A DNA stretch of 50,871 nucleotides, filler included, from Jimgerdemannia flammicorona (GCA_003990765.1; 2 parts of 2 records of this genome joined end to end with filler, not necessarily neighbours in it), one strand, 5' to 3'; positions 1 to 13,949 are shown, counted from the first letter of the whole stretch. Translations and numbers: made by a program. The notes: a model not told the origin generated them from the sequence alone.

Positions 1-273
1 TTTTTTTACCGCTCCCCAATTTTCAATATTTTGCACCTGACTTTAACGGCCCGATCTACCTGTCACAATTCATGAACTTACCAAATGTTGGTTATCTAAA
101 ACTTCCTCGTCTGCAGGTGTTAAAACCCTTCCATGCCTGGGTAATGGTGGTGAGTGTTTGCCGCTGTAGACGATTGGAAAGGGCTGTCATTGTCGCCGGA
201 GAGTTGAAACATTTCGCGCATTGGAAGGTAATCCATATTAATGGCATTATTTATTTCTCATCTTTCTGCCCTA

Positions 274-276
<3 letters not shown>

Positions 277-325
<49 letters not shown>

Positions 326-337
326 GTCCCTTGGACT
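277..337 (-). mobile_element. Extremely 5'-truncated LINE insertion (15 nt of 3' end plus poly(A))
   Basis: Reverse complement reads AGTCCAAGGGACTAT-(A)n, matching the LINE 3' end GTCCAAGTGACTAT-(A)n at 50852-50871. Perfect 16-bp TSD TCTTTCTGCCCTACCT at 261-276 and 338-353. Confidence 0.9.
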
Positions 338-2019
338 TCTTTCTGCCCTACCTATGACTCCGTCTATGTCAAATACTCAACCGTAGAGTCAATAACGCGA
401 TCCTTGACATCCGATCGAGCTCATCCTGCTCTCATAACTCGCCCGCGCGCGTACCTACTCTGCTCTCTTCTGCCTGCCCCGTTCAGCGCGAGCAAGATCA
501 CCTAGATTTCCCATGCTGCTGCGAGCCTTCGCCCAACGTGACATACGGCAACTGATAGAGGCTGTGTCTGTTACATCTGCCATGTCCTCCAAGTCTGGGA
601 CAAACGTAAGCAACAATATCTAGTAGGTGATGATTCAGACGGCGCGATTCCACTGCCAAACCACCATCGCATATACCCGCGTGCAGCTCGCATGTTGCTC
701 TTCAACCTGCAGGTGCACGATTCACGACGTCATCAATCTTGCGACAAAGGCAAGAGCGGTTCTGACCCTTGCCCTTTTCCGCAGGAAGAAGTGCTGATAT
801 CACCAGTGGCTAAATTTGATAGAAATTTGGTGACTGAAATATACTAGAATTTAATTAAACAAGATATCGAATCGTTTGTGGATCACATAAATGATATTTC
901 GTCTCACCTTAAGTTCCCCACCCCCTTCCAGACCCAAGCCCCACCCCACCACCACCATTTCGCACGCACGCGATTCACACATTACTTTACCAAGATGTAG
1001 TTTTACCACCGGCTTAGAAACGGGACGAGTCCACGTCCGTCCGCGACATGATCAACGCCTTCGACGATACCCTACACTGACGATACGGGCGTAACCTATC
1101 TTGTCGTTACAGGACAGCGTGAAAACATGGCACCTTCTTTTGGCGGTGTGCCGGGTGGGTGGCAAGCACAGATAAGGGGATGAGGAAGCGGATGAGGAAG
1201 AATGAAACGTGAATTTATTTTTTGTTTTTCTTCATAACAGGATCATTTGTAATGGATTGCTCACATATCCTAATAATTGTGTCTTTGTCATCCCTCTTAA
1301 ACAAACATGGCGATCACGCCAAAGACTTAAAATGCAGCACCAACTTCTCGAGTGCTGTTGTACATCGTCTGTAATATGGATGGTAGGTAGAATGGGGAAT
1401 GCAATCGTCTGGGTGATATTTCTTTACACGATCATGAATGGACGATTGTGATTCACTCTGATAGATCATATCTGCGAAACCTTAAGAAAATCGATACTAA
1501 TATAACTGCCTACATCGGGGCTCGCTATAATTGAAGATCGTCTGAATTTATGTTCTGCATCTATATGTGTGCATTTCCAAAGGTACAGCAGTGTATGAAA
1601 CACGTGATCGTGGCTTTCATAACATACATGAACATCAAGAATAGCAGTCCCATGCATTTCACACACCCCGTTCACACATCCCCTATGTCCCCAAATAAAT
1701 AAACTCATTCTCTGCTACCCTTTTTCCTCCCCCTTCCCCTTTGTCCCCTTCGAGCTCCCTATTACCCTCTATCTTCTCCTTGGATTCTTTGCCCTTTCGA
1801 ACCCGATCCTGCCTCAAGTTCTCTCCTTTCACCAATATACCCTTTAGAATAGCATTTTCAACCCTAACTTGTTTGCCGAAGGTCCCTGCAAATGTTTACA
1901 AAACACTCAGCCATCCCCAGCCGCCAGCTTTCCTGTCCCCAGTCTTCTTACATTTCTGTTGCCCACCTTTCTGCTTTCTCGTCCAGTCCTTTCTATTACC
2001 AACTCTTTTCTGACGACCT

Positions 2020-3590
2020 GCACAACACAAATGAACTGAAGGCGATGTGTTATGGAGGCAACACCTCTTCTATCAAACTCTTATCGAAGCTGACGATGAC
2101 TAAGAGGCGTCTCATCAACCATCCTGTCACCAATTCTTGTAAATGACATGCATTGCAAATATACTGTACTGTTACTATTATGCACATCCTTTGTTTAATT
2201 TGAAGCATTCCAGTTGTTGGCGACGAGCTTGATTTATGTACAAGATAGTCTTCGATGCAGAGTATTTGATTGATTTATTTATTTCTCCTCTTTTATTGTC
2301 CCAAAGGCAAGTCGACTGAACCAAAAATTCAACTGGAGGCGACACGATCTGGGTGTGACACCTGCGCAGAAAATCTATTCTCGAAGCTGACAGTAGCCTT
2401 GTTATGACACCTGCCAACGACGTACAATGGCGATGTGCAGAACTAAATGGTATGCTGTGCTTCCCACCGTTATATCAGATGCATCCCATTTGTTGGCTAC
2501 GAGATCGCTTCGTGGAAGGCCTAGGATTAAGAGCCTTCGACGCATAATATTTGACTGATGTATTATTCCTCCTCTCTTATTGTCCCAAAGGGAAATCAAC
2601 CGAATCAAACTCGGAACTGGAGGCCACGCCATGTGGCACGACAACGGTGTAGTGAGGCTCTTCTCGAAACCGATGGGACTAAGAGATATTTCCATATGGT
2701 CTGTAGGTTTCCTGTCACAAATTCTTTATCAACGGCGTGCAATACTAACAGGGAGAACAACCGAATGGCATGCTGTGCTACCTCGCTTGTTTATTCCGAA
2801 ATATTTCGGTCGTTGGCGACGAGTACGTTTTGTACAAGACCTATGGTTAACCGCAATCGACGTAAAAGTATTTGACTGAATTCATTATTCCTTCTCTTTT
2901 ATTGTCCCAAAGGCAAAACTTTACCGAAGGCGAAATGACCTGGGGAACACCTCTGCTATCAAACGCTTCTCGGAGCTAATGGCGACCGAGCGATATCTCA
3001 ACATTAGCCCCCAGCCTTCCTGTCACCAACTAATGTCAACGACATGCAATACCCATAAGCAGAAGAACCAAAAGGTATGCTGTGCTTTTATGACGAGTTC
3101 GTTTAATCAATATTTACAATTAACAGAATGCCACGCAATAGTATTTTGCTGACTTAATTATTCCTCCTCTTTTATTGTCCCAAAGGCAAGTCAACTGAAT
3201 CGAATGCTATCAAACTCTTCATGAAGCTGACGGCGACCAAGCGGCGGCTCAACGACTTTCCTGTGACCTCTTGTCAACGACGTGCAATATAAATATACCG
3301 AATGAACCACAAGGTAAACTGGACTGCCATCAAGCTGTTAGCGACGAGATCGTTTTGTGCAAATATCTACGATCAAGGGAAATAGAAACAGTAGCATTTG
3401 ATTGCCTTATTTATTCCCCCTCTTTTATTGTCCCATATGGAGCTCACCTGAACAAAGCAAATTCGAGGTGACATGTTTTGGGGCGACATCGGTGCAATAA
3501 AATCTGACGGCGACTGAATGACATCTCAACAACGTTCGCATCGTACCGGCCACAAACTCTAGCAAACGGTAGGCAACGCCAGCCAAGGAG
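2020..3590 (+). repeat. Degenerate tandem array of about 250-320 bp units, each resembling exon plus intron (5-6 copies)
   Basis: Conserved TTCCTCYTCTTTTATTGTCCCAAAG acceptor-like block ending at 2306, 2590, 2912, 3185 and about 3439. Donor-like GTATGCTGTGC/GCATGC/GTAAAC at 2450, 2768, 3075 and 3314. Exon parts give a repeated peptide like AIKLFSKLTATKRRLNxFPVTN. Confidence 0.8.
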
Positions 3591-4235
3591 GTAATTTTTC
3601 ATGGTTTAATGATGGATCTCCTCAAACGTGACGACATATTGGCGCTTCGTCACAATTTCAGAATGTCAGCCATTCCTTCCAACCTCAATTATTTTGCATA
3701 CAAGAGGAATCTCACCGGGCTTTAAGTTATTATTGCGGAAGTTGAAAACGAAATCATGTCACTCTCGATGCTGTCTTCGCAGAATTTCAATTCCATCCTC
3801 GCCAACGCACCTCCGTTGCCGTTTCCACATTGTCCGTCACCTATTTGTTTTCCCCCCTTCTGGAGAGACAACCCTCACCTCCTCCGGCATCTCAAAAATC
3901 TATCCAAAAGGAAAGGAAAAAGGGTGGATATTGTTGTCATCAGGAACGTGAAGTAATTTTTGGAATAGATGAGGAAAGAGGGTATTGATGAAGTTAAGGA
4001 GGTTGATATAGTAGATATTAACTTAGATGTAGAAGTCATATGGTTGCCATAGCAATCTCATTTTTACCTAATTGTTCACAGTGTCAAAACATAGGCCAGA
4101 ACGACAACCACAACGATGTCTGGAATGAGGATCCGAACGACGATCAAAAGGTCAGCACAACCAATCTGTATGTTATGCTATTATGAATACTTATTTTGTT
4201 ATTTTAGTTGCTTGAGTGTAAGTACGAAGCAAAGG

Positions 4236-6125
4236 TTAATGACAGAGTATATCTTTAAAGATGAACCAAAGAAATTCGAACGACTTGCGCCCAACGCGAG
4301 GTCGCGGAACCTGGTCGCCCAATGCGACGTCGCGGAACCGGATCTTGCTTAATGCGACATCGCCGGAACTGACCTCGGCCATCGCGACCTCGCCGGATCT
4401 GACTCCGACCAACATGACCTCGACGTCGCCCATTACGATCTTAAACTTGCCGAACCCGACATCGCTCATTTACCGGTAGGTTCACGTATTACCGAGAATC
4501 TACACGTGGTCAGGAGCTGGGGTCGGGGACCTTCGGCTTAGCTCTCGAAGCCGCAACTCAGAAAATCGCTCGCTAACTGTTTATAAAGCAGGGTCTCACT
4601 ACACCAACTAGTCGGATTCTGTCGCGAGATGCTAATCGTAAAAGGTGTCAAGAACCGCAATGTCGTAGCCACTACGGAAACTAGCGAGACCGAAGGTTTT
4701 GCTTTCATCAACATGGAGAAGCTTGACGATGACGTTCAGGGTTGCTTGCCAACCTTAGGGAGGCCCAACTTGAGGAAGCTAGGGAGGTTGTCACGCGGAT
4801 GTCATCCAGTAGACGATCAGACTAGATGGTGTCGCCTATCTGCATTCCCAGAAGGTTGTTCATCTCGACATCAAAACGTGGAATTTTTTGTACTCTCGGA
4901 CTCCCAACGGCCATATTCCCTTCTGTTGGGCCGACCTAGGGTTGGCAGCTAGAGTTGTCTCCAGAACTTGCAGCAAGAAAGGGACATTCGGACGCGCTCT
5001 TCATCATTGACATTTGGGCATTGCGATAGTCCTGTTCAAGATGATTTCCACCACTTTCTCCGAAAAAGGGCTGCCGATAGCGGCCCGCGGGAGACTTGCG
5101 GAAGATGTAGACAAAGGTACCTTAGGCGCGGATGTGGAATCGATTTTGGCGGCTTGTTGCTCACCTCTGGCTAGGAGTTTGAGTTTTATACACCGCGGTT
5201 TAAAGAGCCAAGAAACCACTGAGATTTTTCATTCGCCAGAAGGAGTACTCTTCTCCTTTCACAAGCGGAACGCCTTTTCTCTGATCCCGGCGAGAACCGC
5301 GGAGGACAAAGGAAGTGATGGCGGCAAGGGCAGCCCGGAACTTGAAGCTCGGGCTCCATTTAAACTGTTTACTCGTTGATATAGCAGTCAACACTAATAG
5401 CGCTTTCGAACTTCTGGAGGGCGAAACGGGATCTCGTAGATCCTACATTTCTTCGGAATATATCACTCCGTTGGTACTATGCGCGAATCCGCTGGTGTCG
5501 GGGGACCAGTCTTCTAGGGCAAACGGATAGACTTCGATAAAAGCAGTGTAGGCGACAATAGGAAAAGGATAGATGACTAGGGGTTAGAGGGAATTTTTAA
5601 CCAATTTGTACCTTCAGGTCCCGTTGGCTCCCGACTTTTGGCTTCGGCCCTACCTCTTTTTCTGGTGACTCTTGGGAACTTTTGGGTACCGGAAAAGTCG
5701 CACGCGCTCAGGTGTTTTAGTGTGCCGGAGACGCCGCACTAGCTCAGGTAGTTCCGTGTGCCGGAGAGGCCGCACACGCTTGGGAGTTTTCGGGCCGTCC
5801 GACGCCTCCAGTTCCCCCGTCTTCGTCTGGCGTCCCCAGGAAGAGCCTGGGTACACAAATTCTGGTCCTGGAATTGTGTTTAGGGGAAGGTGCATCTTCT
5901 AATCGCTGGAAAAATCTCAGACCTGGAAAACACGCATGGAAGGTCAAGCATCGCCATTATCGGAGTTTGAAGGTTGTCGTTCCGGCGCGTTTCTTGGTGT
6001 TGGGATGGAAGGGCCAGAGCCAGATGTTCAGTGGGATAGGGTTAAGACGACCAGTTTGGTCATCAAGTTGACGTTTCTGTTGGGTAAGAGTAAAGAGGTG
6101 TAGGAGTTTCGGAGTACAACATTTG
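4236..6125 (-). pseudogene. Possible decayed low-complexity gene
   Basis: Chain of broken minus-strand ORFs. Plausible GT..AG intron at 5611-5532 with CTAAC. In-frame-length repeats of about 30 bp (4300-4440) and 36 bp (5700-5790). No recognisable domain. Confidence 0.25.
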
Positions 6126-8205
6126 GTGACTTTTAGAAAAATAAATATAATAAAGTAATTCTCACATGACTTTGTCAGCTGTCAGTTGTGGATAGATATG
6201 AGGATGGATGAACGAGTGCTTCTTGAGAATCGGAACGACGGAAGCTTAAACGCAAAGTTCTTAAATAATAATTTTTTTTTACATTTAATTATTTGGCAAA
6301 AGATAAAGCTACCTAGTGAAAGGTCGAAGATAGGTATTATTGGAAGGAAATATTAAATACAATTTAATGAAACAAATTTGCACCTGCTGTGCAATTTTCT
6401 CCAATAGACTCAAATAATAAAATGAAAGGACATTATACTCGAAATATTTTTCGAGATTAAGGATCATCTACACCAGAATTGTTGCTCGGCTACAATTAAA
6501 ATAATTTGAGTAAGAAATTAAGTGACAGGGAATCGGTTCCTGTGTCCTACGGGTATAATTCGGAGCCAGTTATATGTTCATGTTTTGAATAGAGGCTTCC
6601 GATGTTCAGTGCGCCTCACCTTTCCACATGCTTGCCACACAGTTACCTTTGTCCGTAAAGCGCGCACAGGCCACGTAGTGACGATAAAGGTCATCGCATA
6701 TGGCAACAAGCACAACCAAACGGCAAAGTTCCATATAAAAGCACGGACCATAAGGGCTTCAACACATAATACCCCATTTATTGTTAATTATTCCGGGAGA
6801 ATGCCGAAAGGCGCAGAACAGGAGAAATAGATGTGTTACAACATGCCGGAAAAGTATTGTAGATGAAGTTGGTTGCTACCGCCATCTCAAAAGTGTATAC
6901 CACATCAGCGAAACTATCGCGGAGTTTCTCGAAAACGGTTATTGTATGCCTCCAGGGTTGCAAGGTTTACGCTTTCGCGTGCTCCAGGTCACGTGGGCGA
7001 TTCCACGAAATATCTAAATGCTTGAGGGCCTCAGTACCCATGGATTGGGTGATACGGACTCGGAATTTGATAGAAATAGCTCATGCAGCTGGCTGGAGTC
7101 GGTCGAAAACTGGATCATGAGTAATGACGTCGAGAGATGCAATAACGAAGGCTTTCCGATGCACGAAAATCGGAATGGTGGAGAGGTGGCGTCCACGTCC
7201 CTGAAATTGTCGGACTCGATATCTTGGGTTGCTTTAGATCATAAATGGTCTCTCATCAGGTATTATTTTTAGTTCTGGGTCATGGGTATAAAAATAAAAA
7301 TAAGAAAGAAAATATATAATTAGAATTAGTTAATTTGAAATGTGCCAGAGTGAGGAACGAGCTTCTTAATCACAATTCACAATGCTCAAACATCATTCCC
7401 GGAACCAGAAATTCTAGCAACTCCCTATTTCGTCACAACACAACACGCCCTTCCGGATGTCAGACCCCGTTCTTTTCCAAATCGATCACAATCGCATTTC
7501 CCGCCATAAACATCACTGACTGAACCTCCTTCCCTTACCCGATGACTTGCCGTTAGCCGACACTCTACTGCTGGAGGACGAATACTGCGGGCCGACATTT
7601 TATAGCTGGAGGCCGGACTAGCGACAATTTGCCACCGGGGAGGGTTGGCGGCTTGCGACTAACCTCGGTTGGCGACGCATTGTAGTTTGTCTTGCTGGGA
7701 ATGGCGAAGAGTCACGAGTTACCGCTAGGTAAACACTTGATACTGGGTACTGATTTCCTGCCAGGTGACGATTTGGAGTTGGACGATGCTTTGCCTCCGG
7801 CCGAAAATAAACCTTGCGGGGTAACGATCGTGCTTGTTTGGAGTGTCGAATAGTCTCTGGGTGGTAATTACCTGCTGGGGAACGATTACCAATAGAGAGA
7901 TAGTTAAGGGCAGCGCTGCGACAACCAGCTTTTGAGTGAATGGGTGAGGATTGCGGCGGCGCGACATCTTGCCGGTTAATGGACCTCATGTGAGGGGCGA
8001 ATGACAACTGGAGGAGCGTTAGTCGTTGTGGGATGGCGAGTGGTTGAGGGACGATAAGCGATTGAGGACGGCGATGGGTCACATAAGGGAGATGGACGGC
8101 AGAATGGTGGAGTGTACAAAGGTAGGACACAAGACGCAAGAGTTTGCAAAGCCACAGTCACGTGATATTATTCGCCTCATTTCTGTGCACGATAGGGAAG
8201 CAGAT

Positions 8206-8303
8206 GAAGGGGGGGCCCCCCTAGGGGGATCGGATAGGGGTGGGCTTAGTGTATTATATATGGGATAGATGGCTGTATTAATAAAGGAAGGAGTCCGAGT
8301 GAC

Positions 8304-8341
<38 letters not shown>
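8206..8341 (+). mobile_element. 5'-truncated LINE 3' fragment with poly(A)
   Basis: Ends AATAAA...GAGTCCGAGTGACTAT-(A)n. TSD AGGGAAGCAGAT (8194-8205) / AGGAAAGCAGAT (8342-8353), one mismatch. Confidence 0.85.
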
Positions 8342-8344
<3 letters not shown>

Positions 8345-10075
8345 AAAGCAGATAAATATCCCCAAGAATACAGTCCAAACCCATTTCATGACGTATGCTC
8401 TTTATCTTATATGAAATTTAGATATATATTCTGTATTCATATTAATAAATTATTGTGCATCTGTAATTGTGAATGTATAGATAATTGTCTATTATCTAGT
8501 CTTTTATAGATTCTATTTTCGTTGTACTCAGGAAGGCACCTCTCAATGTAGGATTGCTCACAGCATATCTGATACACCACACAAGCATATAAAAAACTTT
8601 TATATTAATTTGGTAAAATATGTTACTCTAGTGTTTTAAGCCTGCTCATTTTATTTTATTTTTTAATAGCAAATTATATTAGTATTTTCTTTAATTCTTA
8701 TGTGTTTTTCTGTATGCAAATGTGTGTTTTTCTTCATGTACACCATATTTTTGTATTCGCAATGGTTAATATCCCCTCTCATTTCATGCCTATCACATTC
8801 ATTTTGGCCTTGATAGCTGATCATTAAGAGTATGAAATATTTTGAAATAAAATATGATAGGACATACAATGAAAGTCAATCATTAAATAACTTACATATT
8901 TACCATTTGATTGGGCGCCTATACAATCTGTGGGAATGTCCTATTAAAAAAAGGTATTTGTATCAATCATAGAAATCTGTATTATTAGATTATTGTTTAT
9001 ACTACTACTTTCATCAGGTTCGGTCAGATCATTGTTTTCATTTAATGTAATATCGCCTCCACTTTTTAAAATATGTATATGTACATCTCATTTTTATTTA
9101 TTTCATTTTATTTTTTATTTTTATCATGAGTTCTAATAATATTTGTTAAAACAGATTCCTCTGATACCACAACGAAAACGTGCAGGGGAAATTTTGTGCA
9201 CATGTGTTGATCCTTGTGGCTCGCGCGTGACCTTCATGGCTATTGACCTCGAGCGGAACTGGGCCGTGTGTTTGACGCGGAATTATTTTCTAAATTGGTT
9301 CCACAATCAAGTGCACTTGCATAAAATAATTTTTGCATGTCCGTTCTACTCGCGCATTGAATAATGGCCCCACAGTCCACATGCAAATGCTTTGGCGCCA
9401 AACGTAATGATAGATGAAGCATTCGCAAGACACTAATCCTACGAGATTGTTTGTCATTGAAATCGAAAATCACTTTATTTTTTTTTCCGTTCACTTCAAA
9501 TTATTGGCGTAATATATAACACAACCGATCTACTTCGTAAACGGGGAATAAATGTGTAACATAATACTCTTATCCAATCATGGTTGAGGCATTTCGAAGT
9601 CACGCAATGACGTGAACCCGCGATTCCCCAGCTCTTAGAAAAAATTTGTGAATGGCGCAAGGAATGACATCAATGCGAGAGACCTGTTTAGCCACGAAGC
9701 CATTGCCATCTCATGAAACACCTATTTTTGTTGCGGGGGTAAATCCCGCCCCCAAAGCAACCAAAAAAAAAAAAACAACCCAAATCGCTATATCGTGCAA
9801 GCCGATTGTCGACGAATCATTCTGCAGCCACAGGATGTCGTCGGTACCATGCCGCCGCATGGTTGCAAATCTGCTTAAAAACTTAATGGCGATAAAAGAT
9901 GACTAAAGCCTAGAGATTTCTTCGATCCCTCACCAGGTGTGATTGTTTCGCCGGCGCATGAACCATTATGCGGCGCTAATAATTGGTTACGCCCCCTTCC
10001 CCCTTTACCTTTCTCTTTCACTCTCGCGCGAAAGCTTTAGAAGCCGCTCAACTTTCATACAGACAAGAGAAAACT

Positions 10076-13001
10076 ATGTCCTACGCTATCACGAGAGCCC
10101 GCTCGATGTTAAATCCTCAGCCAACCCCTGTTCCGATTAGGCTCAACGCCGACGCCGACGCAGAGGCCAACGCCGAAAGCTCGTCGGCTGACTTTCCCAC
10201 CCAAGTCATGGCAAACCATCACTCGAGAACGGTGCCAGAGGAGAATATGCACGTTCAACGGAAGAGGTGTGATAGCCGCGATTACGAAAGGTTCGGTAAG
10301 TGTCGTACCAGTACAAGGAAAGCCACCGGTGACACTTGTCGATTTCAAATGTTCCGGGCCTTCGACATTATTCGCACCCCGCCGGATACCGCCGGAGAGG
10401 CCGGAGCAATTTCTGCAACCACAGCGCCAAAGAGGACCGCTCAACTCGCCAAGATCAAGAACTTCGCCCCTACCCCGCTTTTCGTGTCGTCTTCCGCGCC
10501 CGACCCACAATACCGGATCGGGAAACCCAACCGGTCGACAATTCGGGGCCTCGCGCGCACCGTCGAAACATTTATACGCAGCACCATCGCTTTGTCGTTC
10601 AAAGCCATGCTCCCAAGAGAGCTGGTCCATATCAGAGGTGATCAGTGCTTCCGGAGGCCGTCGGCACCATATATGCGACACCTATGTGACTACTGCCTCA
10701 CACCGATATTCTATTCGTATTGGACGTGCTCCTCGTGCGGTGCGGAGATGAGTGTGGATTGTTATGACGCATGGGACAAGGGCGGCGTTGCCAGAGCGTC
10801 GAGGTGCTCATTGGATAGGGCCCACATTGAAATTCAGATGCTCCGTATGAGCAAAATTATGAATGAGACCCTAGAAGAGATGTGGAGGGCCGTTGCCAAC
10901 ACCGGAACGATGCAACGAGAATCGGAGATTGGATGGGAGGAGGAGATCTAGGTGGAAGAAAGTGTCATATTGGAAGGCACCGTCGCCAACACTGGAACGA
11001 TGCAGCGAGAATCGGAGAGCGAATGGGAGGAGGTGGAGATGGTGGAAGAAAGCGTCGAATTGGAAGGCACCGTCGCCCCGATCGCAGCCGGGTCTTTTGA
11101 GTCTTCGTCGCATATGAGGCTCGACAACATACCGAGATCGACGACGGGAATATCTTCAACCGTCAATAAGGATATTTTCTCATCTTCCCTCTCGGTAACT
11201 CAATCATCTAAATCCATTGTCGAATATCCGTGCTGCTCGCCATCTATGCACCCGACCTCACCGTCGCTGTTTCAACAGCCGCTCCTGCGCACGTCATCAC
11301 AACACTCGCACCCCACATCGCCGCTGCAACAGATACAACAGCTTTCATCTCATCCGCAGTTGCCCTCTTCACGTACGTTTCTCCACGCGTCAGCCTCTTC
11401 TGTTACCTTGGCTCAGTTCCAGAAACATTGGCGCCAGGGCGAAGCCGTGATGTGCTCCGTGTGAGTAGAATAGCCTGGACGCCTGACTACTTCACTAAGC
11501 AGTACGGCGCACGCGAAGTTGAGATCATCGATTGCGAGACCGGGATCACGGCTTCCAGTACCGTCGAGCTACTTTTGGGGGGTTTGAAGACATCTCCAAA
11601 AGAGAAAAACATGACAACGGCAAATACAAGGTGTTAAAATTGAAGGTGGGATGTCGGATATTGTAAATTCCGTATAGTGACTAACTATCGGACATTTTGA
11701 TATAATGTATAGGATTGGCCCCCAAGACAGGACCTCAAAGACGAATTCCCGGACCTCTACGAGGACTTCATGACCGTCCTCCCCTTCAAAGACTATACTG
11801 GCGATAATGGCGTCCTGAACCTAGCTTGCAGGTTACCCGACACGTTCGTCCCGCCAGACCTAGGCCCCAAGATGTACATTGCGTACGGGTCAGACGACGG
11901 CGAGGAAGGAAAGGGTACGACTAATCTACACTGAGACAAGGCTGACGCCGTCAACATAATATTTTACTCGTCGGCCGTAGACCAAACGTCGGACCACAAG
12001 AAGGTCGCAGCCGCCGTATGGGACATCTTCCCTGCGGACGACCTACCGAAGATTAAAGAATTCGTCAACGTACTTGCCAAAGAGGTAAAGAACAAGCATA
12101 TGGCCGATCCAGTCCACGACCAGTGGATTTCCTTTGATGCCAACCACCGACAGCGGCTCTGGGAGGAGTACGGAGTACGTCCTTGGCGCATCTACCAAAA
12201 TCCGGGAGACGCCGTCTTCATCCCCGCCGGGTGTGCGCACCAGGTGAGAAACTACGCTTCTGCCGTAAAATGCGCGATGGATTTTGTAGGCCCGGAGAAC
12301 GTTATGCGGTGCGCGGAGCTCACGAAGGAGTTTAGGCTCATGGGCCAGAACAACGCAAGGAAGAGAAAGAGGATGTGCTGCAGCTTAATAATATTCTGTT
12401 TTTCGCATGGATATCTTGCGATCAGTTCTTGAGCTCCGGAACGGAGGATGGTGGGGACGGCGAGGAGCCGATGGTGGTCGGGCGGGAGAGCATTGGTGGA
12501 AAACTGGTAACCGAGATATCGTGGGTTGAGTTGGAGGACGAGAGGCTGGTGAGACGACCGAAAGGGAAGAACATGGCCGAGACTTCGATGAAGCCTCAGT
12601 TAGAAAGGCTGCACGCCGTTACGAAGAGAAAGCGATCCCGGTCTGTCGCGGACAACAACGAAGATGAAGAAAGCTCCAGTAATAGAACGACCAACATGGC
12701 AACACCTGAGGCGAGGAAGAAAGCGAGGAGCGCAGTCTCACAAATGCCGGGAGAGCAGCGAATGATTTCGACGAGAAAGCGCTCCCGCTCTCTCCTCGAA
12801 CACAGCACGGCGAGGGGAGTTCCGTCGATACGGTGGCACCGGAGTCTCGGAAGAGAGCGAGGACCGCGCAGTCACCGAAGTGCCCTGTGTCGGCCGTCGA
12901 AGTTCGCAAGTGCCGACAGAAAGGGGAAAGGGGGCACGGAAGCCGAAAACGCAAGTAATGAAGAAGAGCGAGGAGGAGGGTGTGGATGTCCCGGCGAATG
13001 A
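10076..13001 (+). pseudogene. KDM3/JMJD1-like JmjC histone demethylase pseudogene (paralog of 16648-19923)
   Basis: Colinear with the intact gene: C6 finger (CDYC..WTCSSC..DCY), LKLK|DWPP split by intron 11646-11712, DLGPKMYIAYG, IPAGCAHQV. Disabled by TAG 10949-10951, frameshifts near 11450, 11570 and 12365, and TGA 11932-11934 inside the HxD motif. Confidence 0.92.
10891..11077 (+). repeat. 90-bp tandem duplication inside the pseudogene
   Basis: CGTTGCCAACACCGGAACGATGCA.. at 10891 and CGTCGCCAACACTGGAACGATGCA.. at 10981. The intact paralog has only one related segment. Confidence 0.9.
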
Positions 13002-13949
13002 GAGGGGTGCAGTCGGCGATGATATCGTAGATGATGGGAGGCAACGTCGGAAGTCATCGGTACTATTAGAAGGAGTGTGAGCGGTTTTTTCTTCCAATAA
13101 TGATTAAATGGCCCCCTACTAATTATCTAGCTCGCTTATTACCTTTGTGAGTTGATTGACCTCATCCAAAACAACCTCCACACAACTATCAAAAACGAGA
13201 GAAAGTCCAAACTCTATTTCCAAATTGCGTTGCATCCAGCAGGACTCCCCACGCCTGGTTCAAGAAATGAGAGAATACTTTAATATGATGGATTAATGTC
13301 CCTGTCTGTCCTGCTTCAAGTCACCGTCGTGCGAGCCACCACAGCGTAGCGAGTGGAAGTGGTATGATATGTGGAATCAAATCTTGTGTAAGGAAGAGTT
13401 AGTGGCGACCAGGTTAGGTAATTTGCACCTTCAAAGAAAGTGGTAGAAAGGGGTAGTGCGTGTTTTTGTAGAAGGCAAGTAAAGGGGTGAGAAGCATAAA
13501 TCATGAGTGTCACAGGCAAATCGATTAGGAAATGAGATGAAATCAATGCATAACGCCACAAGTAATCAAAATAAACTCCGGTTGGGCGAGCAAAAACGAC
13601 TGTCAACGTATTTCGAATCCTGCATAGAACGCGAGAAGGCGAATGCTTTCAATTATAGGATTGGTTTATTTTCCTGATGTATATTAAATCATTCAAGCCA
13701 TGATTATCATCCACTTCACCGATACACGTTCGATCAGCTGTCTATCGTCTCTCGGAAGATCGACTAGTTCATATATAAATACAGGTGAAAAGGGGAGAAA
13801 ACAAAGCGATAAGATGAGTGTTAAATTCGCATTACCCATTGGCTTGTTACTTTTGAAAAAATGATCGCGGCCCATGACCTTAAAATTGCAGCCATCCACA
13901 ATCAATTTTTGGGACTACCACCCATATGACACAGAAAATTCCTCGAATT

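Noticed and set aside
72..326. ORFs with poly-Phe (also 8079-8384 and 31519-31716)
   Set aside because: They are translations of retro-inserted poly(A/T) tails.
2280..3440. CRISPR array
   Set aside because: The units are 250-320 bp and homologous along their length, in a eukaryotic context with no cas genes.
6781..8139. Two in-frame + ORFs (6781-7272) and a 173-aa minus ORF (7618-8139) as genes
   Set aside because: No recognisable domain, and non-ATG starts or an internal stop. They may be relics but I cannot support a call.
11932..11934. Selenocysteine or read-through TGA replacing Cys in HxD
   Set aside because: The same copy has another stop and several frameshifts, so a nonsense mutation is the simpler explanation.
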